Positions 21,332 through 34,727 of a stretch of 64,000 nucleotides of DNA are shown one piece after another (within the stretch, counting starts at the first letter, position 1; each line of letters opens with the position of its first letter). The stretch is from an uncultured Methanosarcinaceae archaeon (GTDB lineage: Archaea > Halobacteriota > Methanosarcinia > Methanosarcinales > Methanosarcinaceae): the NCBI GenBank assembly GCA_963727895.1, contig CAVSHT010000004.1, forward strand, positions 416,001-480,000, in the 5' to 3' direction. Under the pieces are notes generated by a model that saw nothing but the letters and a program-made list of their open reading frames with translations, did no database searches and had not been told where the DNA came from. Position numbers and translations under genes: made by a program.

Positions 21332-23658
21332 ATGGAAGAAATACAGTTGAAGGTTGAAAAAGCATATCCTATCGACCTTGGAAGAGGAATTATCCGACTG
21401 GACCCTACAACTTTGTTGAAGCTTCAGCTCTCACCAGGCGACATCGTGGAAATTAGAGGTAAGAAAAAGACCACGGCAAAGGTTTGGAGAGCTGATCGGC
21501 AGGACTGGGATCAGGGACTCGTGAGAATTGATAACTTCATCCGGCAAAATGCAAGTGTTTCCATAGGAGAGAAGGTAACCATCAAAAAGGTTGAAGCCCC
21601 TGAGGCGAAAAAACTTGTTCTGGCACTTCCGGAAAGCATGATGCAGGGAGGTCCTGAACTTCAGTTTGGGGAACATGCAAATGAAATTATAAAGCGACAC
21701 ATTCTCAAAAGGCCGGTTTTTAGGGGAGACATAATTCCTATAATAAATTCAATGTCTCAACCAATGACGGAATCTCTGACTACAAGCCAGGTAATTCCTC
21801 TTGTTGCTGTCGAGACTGAGCCTTCAAATACTATCGTTCTTGTTACAGAAACTACGCTTATCGAACTTCGAAAAAAGCCGGTACAAGGATACGAAAAAGC
21901 AACCCGAGGCGTAACTACCTATGAAGACATAGGAGGTCTCGGGAATGAAATCATGCGTGTCCGAGAAATTATAGAGATGCCTATGAAGCATCCTGAGCTT
22001 TTCGCCCACCTTAATATCGAGCCTCCAAAAGGAGTCATTCTCTATGGCCCACCCGGAACCGGAAAAACTCTGATTGCAAAAGCCGTAGCTAATGAATCTG
22101 GGGCAAGTTTCCATTACATTGCTGGTCCTGAGATTGTAGGAAAATTCTATGGAGAAAGTGAAGAAAGGCTCAGGAAGATCTTTGAAGAGGCAACTCAGGA
22201 TGCGCCGTCGGTCATTTTTATTGATGAAATCGACTCCATTGCTCCAAAAAGAGAGAATGTAACAGGAGAAGTGGAAAGACGAGTGGTCGCCCAACTTCTG
22301 ACTCTTCTTGATGGAATGGAAGAAAGAGGACAGGTTGTGGTTATCGGAGCCACAAACCGTGTGGATGCTATTGACCCCGCACTCAGGAGACCAGGTCGCT
22401 TTGATAGAGAAATCCATATAGGCGTGCCTGATACAAAAGATAGATATGAGATCCTCCAGATCCATACAAGGGGTATGCCCATAGAAAGAGACGAGGAAAA
22501 GAGGAAATCGAAAAAGCTGAAAATGAAGTTGATGAAGCTACTCTGGAGAGAGAAAGGAAAGAAAAGGCAGATAAATACCTGATGTATCTGGCTGAAAGAA
22601 CCCAGGGGTTTGTAGGCGCAGATTTGCTGGCCCTTGTGCAGGAAGCCGCTATGCGGTGTCTCAGAGAAAATCTGCCGGATCTTGACCTTGAAAAGGAAGC
22701 AATTCCACCAGAAAGACTGGAAAAAATCGTTGTAACCAAGAAAAACTTTGAAGATGCCCTGATTGAGGCAGAACCCTCAGCTCTTAGAGAAATTTATGTA
22801 GAGATGCCCACAGTTAGCTGGAATGATGTGGGAGGGCTCGATGAAGCAAAGCAGTCCATTATTGAGGCTGTGGAATGGCCCATTAAAAGTCCGGAAAAGT
22901 TCACTAAGATGGGTATAAAAGCTCCTAGAGGAATCCTACTTTACGGCCCACCAGGGACTGGAAAAACCCTGATAGCAAAGGCTGTTTCCCATGAGTCAAA
23001 TGCGAACTTCATAAGCGTAAAAGGACCTGAGATTTTTTCAAAGTGGCTTGGAGAATCGGAAAAAGCCATCCGAGAAATATTCAAGAAAGCTCGGCAAGTT
23101 TCCCCATGTGTGGTATTCTTTGACGAAATAGATTCGATTGCTTCGATGCCAGGAATGGAATCTACGGATAGTCGAACTTCAGAAAGAGTACTCAATCAGC
23201 TCCTGACAGAGATGGACGGACTTGAATCTCTCAAAGATGTAGTGGTAATTGCCGCAACCAATCGCCCTAACCTTCTGGATCCTGCAATTATCCGCCCTGG
23301 ACGTTTTGACAGATTGGTTTACATAGGTTCTCCTGACCGAAAAGGCAGACTCAAGATATTCAACATTCATACAAACGATACACCTCTTGCTGATGATGTG
23401 GCTCTTGAAAACCTTGCTGATATTACTGAGGGATACGTGGGTGCTGATATAGAGTCAGTGTGCAGAGAAGCTGTAATGATTGCGCTCAGGGAGAACTTCG
23501 ATGTAGAAAGCATAGAAATGAGACACTTTAAGGAAGCTCTGAAAAAGGTAAAACCAACAATTACGGAAGATATTGCTCAGTTCTACGAGAAGATCGAAGC
23601 TCATTTCAAAGGAGGCCAGAGACTCACAAATACAGCTGGTTATATTGGTTACAGGTAA
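21332..23658 (+). pseudogene. cdc48: CDC48/VAT AAA+ ATPase split by a frameshift near 22500
   Basis: N-domain plus D1 ([13 protein letters not shown]) in 21332-22582; end of D1 lid plus D2 in 22582-23658; may be a sequencing indel. Confidence 0.8.
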
Positions 23659-23668
23659 AATTTAAATG

Positions 23669-23691
23669 AGTTGCTCCTTTAAGGAGCAACT
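23669..23691 (+). terminator. Perfect palindrome after cdc48
   Basis: AGTTGCTCCTT-T-AAGGAGCAACT about 10 nt after the stop. Confidence 0.45.
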
Positions 23692-23803
23692 TATAAAAGG
23701 AAAAAGTTTTAAGGAACCTAGTTTCAAATGGAATAAAATATTCGAAGTGAAAAGCCAACTTTACCCAGACCGTATAACACGCTGTGAACGGAGATAAGAT
23801 AAA

Positions 23804-24058
23804 ATGTCAAAGGAATTTGCAAAGAACCTCTTTAACAAACAGATAATGGCTACCGACGGAACAGAAATAGGAATACTGAGCAATATTATAGTCGAGATTA
23901 AAGGGGGAAACATTATTGACATGGTAGTGGCCCCAAATGTCAATTTTGATACTTCCAGATACAGAAAAGCAGACAACTTTATTCTCATTCCTTTTGATTC
24001 CGTAAGTGCTATCAAAGATTACATAATAATAGACAAAATGAAAGCAAAGGCAAACTAA
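23804..24058 (+). CDS. PRC-barrel domain protein
   Basis: L.NK.IM.TDG..IG.L.NI...IPFDSV.AIKDYIII. Confidence 0.88.
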   Translation: MSKEFAKNLFNKQIMATDGTEIGILSNIIVEIKGGNIIDMVVAPNVNFDTSRYRKADNFILIPFDSVSAIKDYIIIDKMKAKAN

Positions 24059-24065
24059 AATAAAT

Positions 24066-24240
24066 GAGTTCCATTGCCCGAGTCCCGTCTCGGGAGGACG
24101 GTGCTTTTTTCGCTACCCGAATTTCGCTTCGGGAGCACGGAAGCCCTTTTCGCTTCGCTCAAGAGGGCTGAATTAGGGACGTGAGAAAGTGTTTTTCAAC
24201 TTGCTGAAGAGGGCCTGATTTGTCTGAACTCCGCTTGGGG
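24066..24240 (+). repeat. Structured intergenic repeat, copy 3
   Basis: GAGTTCCATTGCCCGAGTCCCGTCTCGGGAGGACG followed by nested hairpins. Confidence 0.85.
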
Positions 24241-24752
24241 AGTAGGGACCCCCTTTTCGTTGAACTCAGGGAAGTAGATTTCTCCAAAACTATAGCTTTC
24301 CTGTTCTAGCTATGTTTCCTGAATATTCCGCCTTTTTTTGGTTTCTAAAAAATCAATTCTTTAATTAATTAGAATACAGAACGTCTTGATGTATATAATG
24401 AGCTATTACTCATTCCAAATCTCGATAGTGCTTTTGATTATGGTTACATTAGTTTTGATAATATAGGAAAAATAATCATTAGTAGTTCACTTAAAGAAAA
24501 TAACAAGATTAAGCTTGGTATTCATTCTGAACTGAGAATAAGAAAGGTAGAACAGGACCATCCCAATTATTTAGAATAACACAGACAAAATATTTTTATA
24601 AAGTTAAAATACAATGAATATAAGTAAGACTCTATAAGGCTTTTGCCAGTAAGTCTTCTGTGGAAGATTTCACGGCGAGGCTGGAGTATATAATACTATG
24701 AAGGGACTATAAAGATTAAACTAAATAAAATAAGTGGAAAAATAAATGAAAA

Positions 24753-25172
24753 GTGATCAAACAGTGCTTAAAAAGAACCCAAGCAGTATTTAAAAAGAGC
24801 CTCAAATATGATGCTGATTTTCTTAAAGAAAACATGATGGGTCCAAATTCAATGAAAATAAGTTCGGAACTTGCGGAGTCTTTGAAACTTGAAAAAGGCA
24901 TGCGAGTGCTTGATCTGGGCTGCGGGCGAGGGCTAACATCAATTTTCTTGGCAACAGAGTATGATGTTGCTGTTTTTGCAACTGATCTATGGATAAATGC
25001 AACAGATAACTAGGAAAGAATCAAGTCAATTGGACTGGAAGATCAGATAATTTCAATCCATGCTGAAGCCGATGATTTACCATTTACTTATGAGTTTTTG
25101 ACCTTGCGATATATGTTTGCCTATAATTATTTTGGAGTTAAAGAAGACTATTTGGCAAAGTATCTTTTCTGA
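24753..25172 (+). pseudogene. Class I SAM-dependent methyltransferase with in-frame TAG, 3' truncated
   Basis: NMMGPN, VLDLGCGRGLTS and ATDLW motifs; family-like sequence continues in frame past TAG at 25011-25013 (ERIKSIGLEDQII.IHAEA.DLPF); true start uncertain. Confidence 0.75.
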
Positions 25173-25568
25173 ACATAGGTTCAGAATAGGAAATCGAGGC
25201 GCAAAACCAAGTTTAATGACATTTTTTTCCTAAATAATATTGTAAACTTTAGGGGGTTTTGGGGAAAAAAGCAAGATTATATAAAGATATGAGAATAATA
25301 TATCTTTCGATAATTCGAAAAAAGATAAGGTTAAGTAAAGCCAGATGTTACAAAACAAATAAAACTATCCAGTAAAAATTCTGGCTTATTATAGTCTTTT
25401 AAGCTTGCCTATAGGCTTGATTTTTACGCTTTTTATTATATAATGAATAAACGCCTTACGAAAAAAGAAAGATGAAACCTTAAAAAACTGAAAAGAGGGT
25501 AATTTTACCAAACTGAGTATTGGTAACAACACTAATAATTTTAAAGGCAGTATTAATCAAAAATAAAA

Positions 25569-27297
25569 ATGGGGGTTAAATTTCTGGAGTATACGCTTAG
25601 AATAGGAGGAGAAGCTGGACAGGGACTTCAGACGATAGGAGGAGCTCTTGCAAAAGTATTTTCTCGCATAGGTTATCATGTTTTTACTCATCAGGACTAC
25701 ATGTCCAGGATACGAGGAGGACATAATTTTTACCAAATCCGGTTTTCTAACCAGGAAATAATGTCTTCCAGAGAGACGCCTGATATTCTTCTGGCTCTTG
25801 ATCGGAATACCATTGAAGTTCACAGGAAAAGTGTTAGTGATGGAGGATTTATTCTCTATGATTCTGAAATTGCCAAAGTGAAATATGAGGAACCTGAGTT
25901 CATAGATATTCCTTTCAAGAAGATAGCTCTTGATGTAGGGAAAAATAGCGTTATGGCAAATACCGCAGCAACTGGAGCTGCACTTGGAATACTTGGTATT
26001 GGACTCGATGCACTTAAAAAAATATTAAGAGAAACATTTGAGAAAAAAGGAAATGAAATAGTCCAAAATAATATTGCCTGTGCAGAAGCTGGGTACAATT
26101 ATGCCGTTAAGAATTGTCCTCGCTGTGAAGCTTTTGGAATCCGTGAACCTGAGAACAAAAAAAGGCTTATGCTTATAACCGGAATTCAAGCAATCGGGAT
26201 GGGAGCAATTATGTCCGGCTGTAAGTTCTATTCGGCATATCCGATGTCACCTTCAACAGGGATTATGAATTACCTTGCTTCAAGAGAAGAAGAATATAAT
26301 CTCGTTGTTGAACAGGCTGAAGACGAAATTTCAGCCATCAATATGGCTATAGGAGCCTCTTTTGCAGGTGTAAGGTCTATGACTGGAACTTCTGGTGGAG
26401 GATTTGCCCTGATGGTAGAAGGTCTTTCCCTTGCAGGAATAACCGAAACCCCTCTTGTGATCGCAGAAATGCAACGCCCTGGGCCGGCTACGGGATTGCC
26501 CACACGTACAGAACAGGGAGATCTCCTTTTTATTCTGCATGCAGGCCACGGAGAATTTCCAAGAGTAATTTTTGAGCCCGGAACCCCAGAGCAAGCTTTT
26601 TACCTGACTAATAAGGCTTTCGAATTTGCGGAAAAATATCAAATACCTGTTTTCATTCAGTCAGATCAATATCTTGCAGAGTCCGAGTGGACTTTTGAAG
26701 GCTTCGACCTGGACAACTTGGTTTATGATGATTATCGGATGAGAGAAAAAGATCTTGAAGGCGTTGAAGTTTATAAACGCTATGAATATTTTAGCACAGG
26801 AATTTCTCCTCTTGCCATTCCTGGAGAAGCAGGAAAACACCTTGTCGTAGCGGATAGCGATGAACATGACGAGGAGGGGCATATTATAGAAGATTCTGAG
26901 ACCCGAATTACAATGGTTCAGAAAAGGTTGCTAAAGAAAATGCCGCTTATAATGGAAGAGATAGATGCTCCGCTTTTATATGGAGATTCTTCTCCAAAAA
27001 TAGTGCTTGTAGGACATGGTTCTACCTACGGTGTAATAAAAGAAGTCATAGATACAATTCCAAAGGACAAAAAAGTCGCAATGGTTCACTTCAGCCAGAT
27101 TTATCCTCTTTCAGAGAGGGACAGATTTGATTATATTGAGCTTTTTGAGAATGCAGACTTTACGATTTGCATAGAAAATAATGCTAGCGGACAATTTGCA
27201 AAAATCATTCGGGCAGAAACAGGATTTGAGTTTTCCCACTTGATCTGCAAATATGATGGTAGACCTTTTACAATCGAAAACCTAAAGGAGGAGCTGC

Positions 27298-27311
<14 letters not shown>
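25569..27311 (+). CDS. korA: 2-oxoacid:ferredoxin oxidoreductase alpha subunit (gamma-alpha fusion)
   Basis: IGGEAGQG, SRIRGGHN, YPMSPS, QAEDEI, TSGGGF and QRPGPATGLPT motifs. Confidence 0.9.
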
Positions 27312-28150
<839 letters not shown>

Positions 28151-28517
28151 AATCTTCTCTTTCTATTTTTATTTAAAATAATTTCTTGAAATATTGGCTT
28201 TTTTAGGATAATTTCAGAATTGAGAATAGCTCTCGAATCATTGGAAACTATTTTATCGGTTCTTGATTAAATTTCCACCATATAACTTGTCATTTTTTCA
28301 GAAAAGTTAATAAATTAAAAGATGTTAGTTATCTATTGTAAATTTATTGGTATGTGTATGGGGGTTATTAATAGGGAACCATGTAGATCAGCTCCTGAAT
28401 ATCTCAACTTTCATAAAAAATTCCAGTCAAAAATTAAAAAATGCAGGCGCTGAGAACTTGACCCTTTAATTTCTCTATATACTTTCATTCAAAAATAATA
28501 TGTAGGAGTGAAATCGA

Positions 28518-29114
28518 ATGAAAGGGATTTTTAGCATTTTTAGAAAAGACGATAAAGCCTTTACAGGGCTCGAATCAGCAATTGTGCTGACCGCTTTCGT
28601 AGTTGTGGCAGCAGTGTTTTCTTATGTGGTGCTCGGGGCAGGGTTTACAACCTCCGATACCGCCAAGAAAACCATCGATGAAGGTGTCAAACAGACTACT
28701 TCTTCAGTTGAACTTGCAGGCGATGTGATCGCAAAAAGTAACGATGCAAAGACTACGGTAACTAATATTCTTGTCACCCTTCAGCTTACAGCAGGGCAGT
28801 CTCCTGTAGATATAGGAGAAAATAATGGTACGGGAATGATGGTGGTAACTTATGCAGACAATAATACATACAACCAAAGCGTGACTTGGACTAAGAAGTT
28901 TGTAGGGGACAGCGATGGAGACTCGATTTTAGAACAGCATGAAAAAGTTGAATTAAATCTCAGTGTTCCTAGTGACTCAATGCTTCAGAGTAACACCGCT
29001 TCTAATGTTGTAAACAGAGAATTCAGGATGGAGATAAAACCGAAGGTAGGCGCAATTGTTCCAATAACAAGAGTGACTCCGGCACAGCTCGATGGGGTTA
29101 TGGTTCTGAAGTAA
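28518..29114 (+). CDS. flaB: Archaellin (archaeal flagellin)
   Basis: Class III signal KA/FTGLESAIVLTAFVVVAAVFSY; GDSDGDSILEQHEK. Confidence 0.93.
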   Translation: MKGIFSIFRKDDKAFTGLESAIVLTAFVVVAAVFSYVVLGAGFTTSDTAKKTIDEGVKQTTSSVELAGDVIAKSNDAKTTVTNILVTLQLTAGQSPVDIGENNGTGMMVVTYADNNTYNQSVTWTKKFVGDSDGDSILEQHEKVELNLSVPSDSMLQSNTASNVVNREFRMEIKPKVGAIVPITRVTPAQLDGVMVLK

Positions 29115-29194
29115 CCCCTTGAGATTTCAAGGGGAACTTCCCCCTTCTCTTATTTAAAAATTGGAAAATTAGTTTTTTTCAATTGGTGGTTAAT

Positions 29195-29930
29195 ATGGAA
29201 CTGGAGAAAAGAGTAGCAGATATGGAAACGGAACTTAAAGTAGTAAAAGGGGAAATCAAAGATTTACTTGTGGATATAAGGGACCTGTAAACAAAAGTGA
29301 AAATCCCTTCTATAACAGCCAGAAAAATGGAATCTCCAGGTCCTGAAACTAAAGAAAAGGAGACAGAAAATAAAAATCAAACACTTGATTCTGATAAAGA
29401 AAAAACGGATTTAAAGAAATCTGAAGGTGTTTCGGAAACTGGGGTCGAAAGATGAAAAAAATAAAGAATATCGCCCAGGAACCGGTTAGAACCAGTTCAA
29501 GGCTCCTTCATATGAGGTTCCGGAGCAAAATATATCACGACAGAAAAATACGATAAGTGAAACGCAGACGATTGAGCCTGAAAATCAAGTCCGAAAAATT
29601 GATACGTTCACCCTTGTTGAACTCATGCGCTGGGTGGATTACGCTGTCAGGACAATTGGGCACAGCAACCTCGAAGTCCTGCTTGACCTTTATTCACTTA
29701 CCGGACAGCTTCCTGAAGAAACAAAATACATTATAAAAAATATTGCAAACCTTTCCATTGAAGAACCTGCATGTGAAGACAGGGTTAGCATGAAAGATAA
29801 TATCACAGTACTTTCACAATTGAATGCAATCCTCAACCCAGAAGAATTCAAAAATAGAATCCAGCCTCTTTATGAAGATTCAGGCTGGAGAGAAGATACA
29901 AAAGGAAAAAACAGGCTTGCCTTCAATTAA
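29195..29930 (+). pseudogene. Archaellum accessory FlaC/D/E-type gene, disrupted
   Basis: MELEKRVADMETELKVVKGEIKDLLVDIR start; ELMRWVDY C-terminal domain; intervening frameshifts and stops. Confidence 0.75.
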
Positions 29931-30191
29931 ATGTACGAACTGATGAATCAACTGAAAAACAGAATTAATTGTTCCAACTAATATCAACTAATTGTTATCA
30001 GTATCAATCAAATCAATGATTGTCTAGATTAATAATTATTGTCTGGTATGATCAATAATACCTTGATCTGACATAATATGTATCATTACATATAATCATT
30101 TATCTTATATTGATCACTTATTATCTTGAACTGGGTATCAACTTGTTCAAATCGATAAGGAAAAGCCGGAAAGTGAGGCGGGGGCTGAAAA

Positions 30192-30686
30192 ATGAGTGGG
30201 GAAGCGATAAGCTCTGCAATTCTAACAATAGCATCCATTATCTGTGTATTTTCATTTGTTTCAGTTGTATACCCGTCTGTAATTTCTGCAGGAGACCCTA
30301 TAATCAGCCGTACCAACGCAATGGGAGACCAGATACTGACAGATGTGGAAATTTTGCATGAAACGACTGCTGCTGAAGGTTCTGAGGTAAATATATGGGT
30401 CAAAAACGTGGGACCTAAGGGAATATCTTCTGGTTTGATTTCAGAATCTGACCTTTTTTTTGGAAAGTCCGGAAACTTTGAACGGATACCATATGATGAG
30501 AATGGAAGTCTGGCTCCTTGCTGGAATTATTCAATAGAGCAAAGTAAAGACGATAACTGGGACAAAGGGGAAACACTGCAGATCAAAATAAAACCGACTG
30601 ATGTACCTGTCAGTGGAGAGAAATATTTCATTAAATTCAGTGCATACAACGGGGTTTCGAAAGAAACCTATTTTACGGTGTCATGA
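30192..30686 (+). CDS. flaG: Archaellum accessory protein FlaG
   Basis: MSGEAISSAILTIA, IWVKNVG, DLFFG, W..GETL and YNGV motifs. Confidence 0.88.
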   Translation: MSGEAISSAILTIASIICVFSFVSVVYPSVISAGDPIISRTNAMGDQILTDVEILHETTAAEGSEVNIWVKNVGPKGISSGLISESDLFFGKSGNFERIPYDENGSLAPCWNYSIEQSKDDNWDKGETLQIKIKPTDVPVSGEKYFIKFSAYNGVSKETYFTVS

Positions 30687-31195
30687 TGGGATTCGGAACA
30701 GTTATTGCAGCAATGGTTTCGGTTGCAATTATCCTCCTGGCATCTTATGTCTGCTCAAACGGGGGGTTTTACATGGCAGATGTAATTACAGATTCAGTAA
30801 TGGAAATGCAGGAAAATGAGAATGAGATTCTGAAAACAGAGATCGAGATTACAGGCATCTACGCAGATGAAGCCGACGTTTTCGTATCCCTGCATAATAC
30901 GGGCTCCACAAAGATAGGAGACTTCGATTATATGGATGTAATCGTTAATTACTCCAATACATCCGGCAATGCAAAGACAATATGGATTCCCTACCAGGAA
31001 GATGCAGGCAATTAGAAAACAGATGGATTGTAAGAAGTATCAGTCCAGATCTGATAAATCCCGGGATTCTTGACCCAGATGAGAAGATGGAATTACAGAT
31101 TATACTTGAAGATTCCCTGGAAAACGAGAAGTGTAGACTGGTTGATGGTAGCTGCTCCAAATGGAGTAAAAGCTTCAGGATACTTCGATACATGA
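30683..31195 (+). pseudogene. flaF: Archaellum accessory protein FlaF, frameshifted
   Basis: MGFG...NTGSTKI..F..MDVIV, then INPGILDPDE and APNGV in shifted frames. Confidence 0.82.
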
Positions 31196-31312
31196 ATTTA
31201 ATGACTGATTCAGATAGTCAAGAATTATGCAGGCAGAATCAGTTTAGCTAAATTAGATGAACTACTAAGTAAAAGATAATGAAATCTTTGAAAAAATAAA
31301 GAGGGGGAGAAA

Positions 31313-32857
31313 ATGGGAGAAAATGTGGGAGAAGAGATTATTTCTTGAAAAAGAATCATTTCTGTGAAGAGATAGCAAATAATTCGGAAACTGAGAAGAG
31401 AAAAAATCTTTAGAATTTATATCATCAGGAAATATGGAAATTGATAAGAAGACTGGACGGAGGCATCCCTACTAGGTTCTCTATGTCTTCTCGAAGGTGC
31501 AAATGATAGTGGAAAATCAATTTTCATGCAGCAGATTATGTGGGGAGCCCTTAACCAGGACAAAAAAGTTTTAGCTATAACAACTGAGAAAAACATCCAG
31601 AGAATCTGTTGAAGAATATGGAAAACCTGAAACAGGGCATTTCAGACTACTTCATAATAGGAAGATCTAGAATATTTGAAATAAATCCGGATTCAATTGA
31701 AGAAAATCCCAAGCTAAGCGAAAGTATGCTCCAGACACTTCTAGAATGTATAAAGGAATGTGAAGAGGAATTAATCTTAATTGATTCACTGACTCTCTTT
31801 GCAGTGAATACTTCTGAAAGTATACTATTAAATTTTTTGGCATTGATACTTAAACATAGTTGTATACTATTAGAAAGTATATTTCTTCATGAACTGCCCC
31901 AGATGCAATAGTTCTAATCACAAAAAGAACGGTATAGTTGGTGGTAGTCAACGGTACAAATGCTCTGATTGTGGATATAACTATACAGTAGAGCTAAAAT
32001 CAACTGCTTTTTCCACTTATGTCAAAAAACAGGCTTTACAACTCTATCTTGAAGGATTGGGCTTTCGCTCAATAGGAAGAGTTTTAGGGGTAAGTCATGT
32101 TTCTGTCCAAAAATGGATAACGAAATTTGGTCAGGAGTTAGAGAACCTAAAAAGTGAAAGTGAGATATCTATTGTTGAAATGGATGAAATGCACACTTAC
32201 ATCGGTAACAAAAAAAATATTGCTGTATCTGGATTGCTGTTGATAGAGTTGGGAAAAAGTTCATCAACTGCTCTTTTGGCAGCAGAGGAACGGAAACTGG
32301 AAAACTACTCTGGGAAAAAGTGAAGAAAAAAGAGATTGGAGAAGTGATGACAGATCACTGGAGAGCATATGCAGAGTTTCGTCCAGAAAAGATCCATACT
32401 CAATCAAAAGCAGAAACATTTACAGTTGAAGGATATAACAGCATATTGAGGCACTTTTTGGCAAGGTTGAGAAGAAAGACAAAGTGTTATACAAAAAGTC
32501 TTGAAATGCTAAAGTACTCGGTTATTCTATTGATGAAATACAGAAATAAAGAGTTAACTATGTTTAGTTAACAATACCAATTTTTTACTGAATGTGTAAA
32601 ACTTTGCGATAATGGAAAGACCATTTTTATAAGTGTTCATAGGTACGCTTTCTCCCAGGAAGTTCTTTACAGGCTAAGATCAGTTTGCGACTCCTGTATT
32701 GAACTAAGAATAGAACAGGTTGGAGACAAGCGGATAAAGACCATGGAAATTCAGAAGCTGAGAGGTGCCATAAAAACTATTGGAAATATGTTAAGTTTTA
32801 ATGTGGACAGCGAATACTGGGCTGAAAATAATTCCAGTTTCAAAAGTCAAAGCCTGA
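31313..32857 (+). pseudogene. flaH: Archaellum ATPase FlaH, frameshifted and interrupted by IS1
   Basis: Walker A LEGANDSGKS, LIDSLT before the IS; RLRSVCD and KLRGA after it. Confidence 0.85.
31839..32578 (+). mobile_element. IS1-family element inserted in flaH, apparently intact
   Basis: Ends GGCATTG.../...CAATACC; 8-bp TSD AATTTTTT; A8 slippery run at 32210-32217. Confidence 0.95.
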
Positions 32858-32914
32858 AAAAAAAAGTAAATCGGAAATTGTAATGCTGTTAAAAAACCCG
32901 AATGAGGATTCAAG

Positions 32915-34727
32915 ATGGAAGGTCTACCGTTTAACCCGCTGCCTGCACCGATAAATGGAAGGCGTTCCAGAGAAGAAGTACGTTCCAGACTTTCTTCAGA
33001 AATGCAGGATTTTGTGGGCAGGGAAGAAAATCGTCATATTCTCGATTATATCTGCAGACTTCCCTTAGAAGAAATAGCAATTCCGGAATTTCACCTGAAA
33101 ATTTCACGAGCTATGAAAAGCATCAAGCACCCTAACCTTATCTATCCTGTAGGAAAAGGAGTTGCTGTTCACATTTACCCTGATAGAGAGGATATAAGAA
33201 ATTATTACATTCCCATAGAGCCCTGTCTATTTCAGAATATGGACAGTACTCTTGAGGCTGTAGAAAAACTGCTTATTGATGTTATACATAATCAGGATAT
33301 CAACACAAAAGATCCTGAAGAAAAGAAAAAACTCCTGGAAAAGGCACTTGAAAAGGTTTGCACTATAGATGAAAACGCAAAAGAAAACGCAGAAAAAAAA
33401 AGTAAAGATATTAAGAAAAAACTGCCCAAGATCGAGCTAAAACGGTAAGCTCCAGGTGGGGATTTTAGGAAATATAAAGGAAGTTGGAAAAGTCTTTAAA
33501 ATGGAAAAATATGAGACTATTCACGTAACTTCCGAGGAATTTAATGCTATCAAATATCTTATGATTAGGGATAAGATCGGAATGGGACTTATTGAACCTT
33601 TACTGATGGATTCAAATATAGAAGATATAAGTTGCAGTGGACTTGGAAGGGTTTTTGTCGAACATAAGGTATTTTCGTCCCTTAAAACATCAATCTCGTT
33701 TCAGGAGACAGAAGAACTCAACTCTTTTGTAATTCAGATGTCCGAAAAGGTAGGAAAACCGATAACCTACAGGGATCCTATAGTTGATACAGCTCTTTCT
33801 GATGGGTCAAGGATTAATATAGTTTTTGGAGAAGACGTGTCCAAGCAGGGAGCAATTTTACCATTAGGAAATTTATGGGCACTCCTATTTCAATCCTCGA
33901 ACTTATTGATTTTGGAACAATTGACTATACAATGGCTGCATATATGTGGATGATGCTGAGAGCAGGTATGAACTGCTTTGTTTCAGGGGAAACAGCTTCG
34001 GGAAAGACCACTATGATGAACGCCATAACTACTTTTCTCCCGCCTGAATCCAAAATAGTTTCTATTGAAGATACTCCGGAACTACAGGTTCCACACAAGA
34101 ACTGGACTAGGGAAGTTACCAGGACTACAAGGGATGATAGTGGTTCTGATGTCTCAATGTTTGACCTGTTAAAGGCAGCCCTTCGACAGCGTCCAAATGA
34201 GATTATGATTGGAGAAATCCGTGGGGTGGAAGGCAATATTGCTTTTCAGGCTATGCAGACAGGACACCCTGTTATGTCTACATTCCATGCAGCATCAGTC
34301 GAAAAGCTTATTCAGAGGCTTACAGGAGATCCAATAAATGTACCAAAGAATTATGTGGATAACCTGAATGTAGTAATAATCCAAAGTGCAGTGAATGTTC
34401 CAGGAAAAGGTATGGGACGAAGAGTTCTTAGCATAAACGAGATAATAGGCTATGATTCAATAAATCAGGCCTTCAATTTTATGGATATATTCAAGTGGGA
34501 TCCTGCTACAGATACATTCAAGTTTACGGGAAAGAACAATTCATATTTGCTGGAACAAAAGATTGCTCCACGTCTCGAAATTCCGGAAAACCATGTAAGG
34601 AAAATAGATCTAGAACTTGACAAGAAGAGCAAAGATTCTCAGAAAGATCCATCAGGCAAAAATTACTAACTTTTATGAGATTTTCAATACATTAATCCAG
34701 ATTGAAGAGGCTGGAATAACATCATGA
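32915..34727 (+). pseudogene. flaI: Archaellum motor ATPase FlaI, broken
   Basis: IEDISC, GETASGKTT, IEDTPE and ALRQRP..I.IGEIRG spread over three ORFs. Confidence 0.9.

Noticed and set aside
24066..24170. HDV-like ribozyme (loop UCCCGU resembles L3)
   Set aside because: I could not build convincing P1 and P2 helices; a simple CCCGAG/CTCGGG hairpin fits better.
29940..30130. Regulatory repeat array between flaD-like and flaG (also 37113-37232)
   Set aside because: Short, degenerate AT-rich duplications with no regular period or structure that I could support.
31609..31911. Independent 100-aa gene
   Set aside because: It is a flaH fragment reading into the IS1 end.
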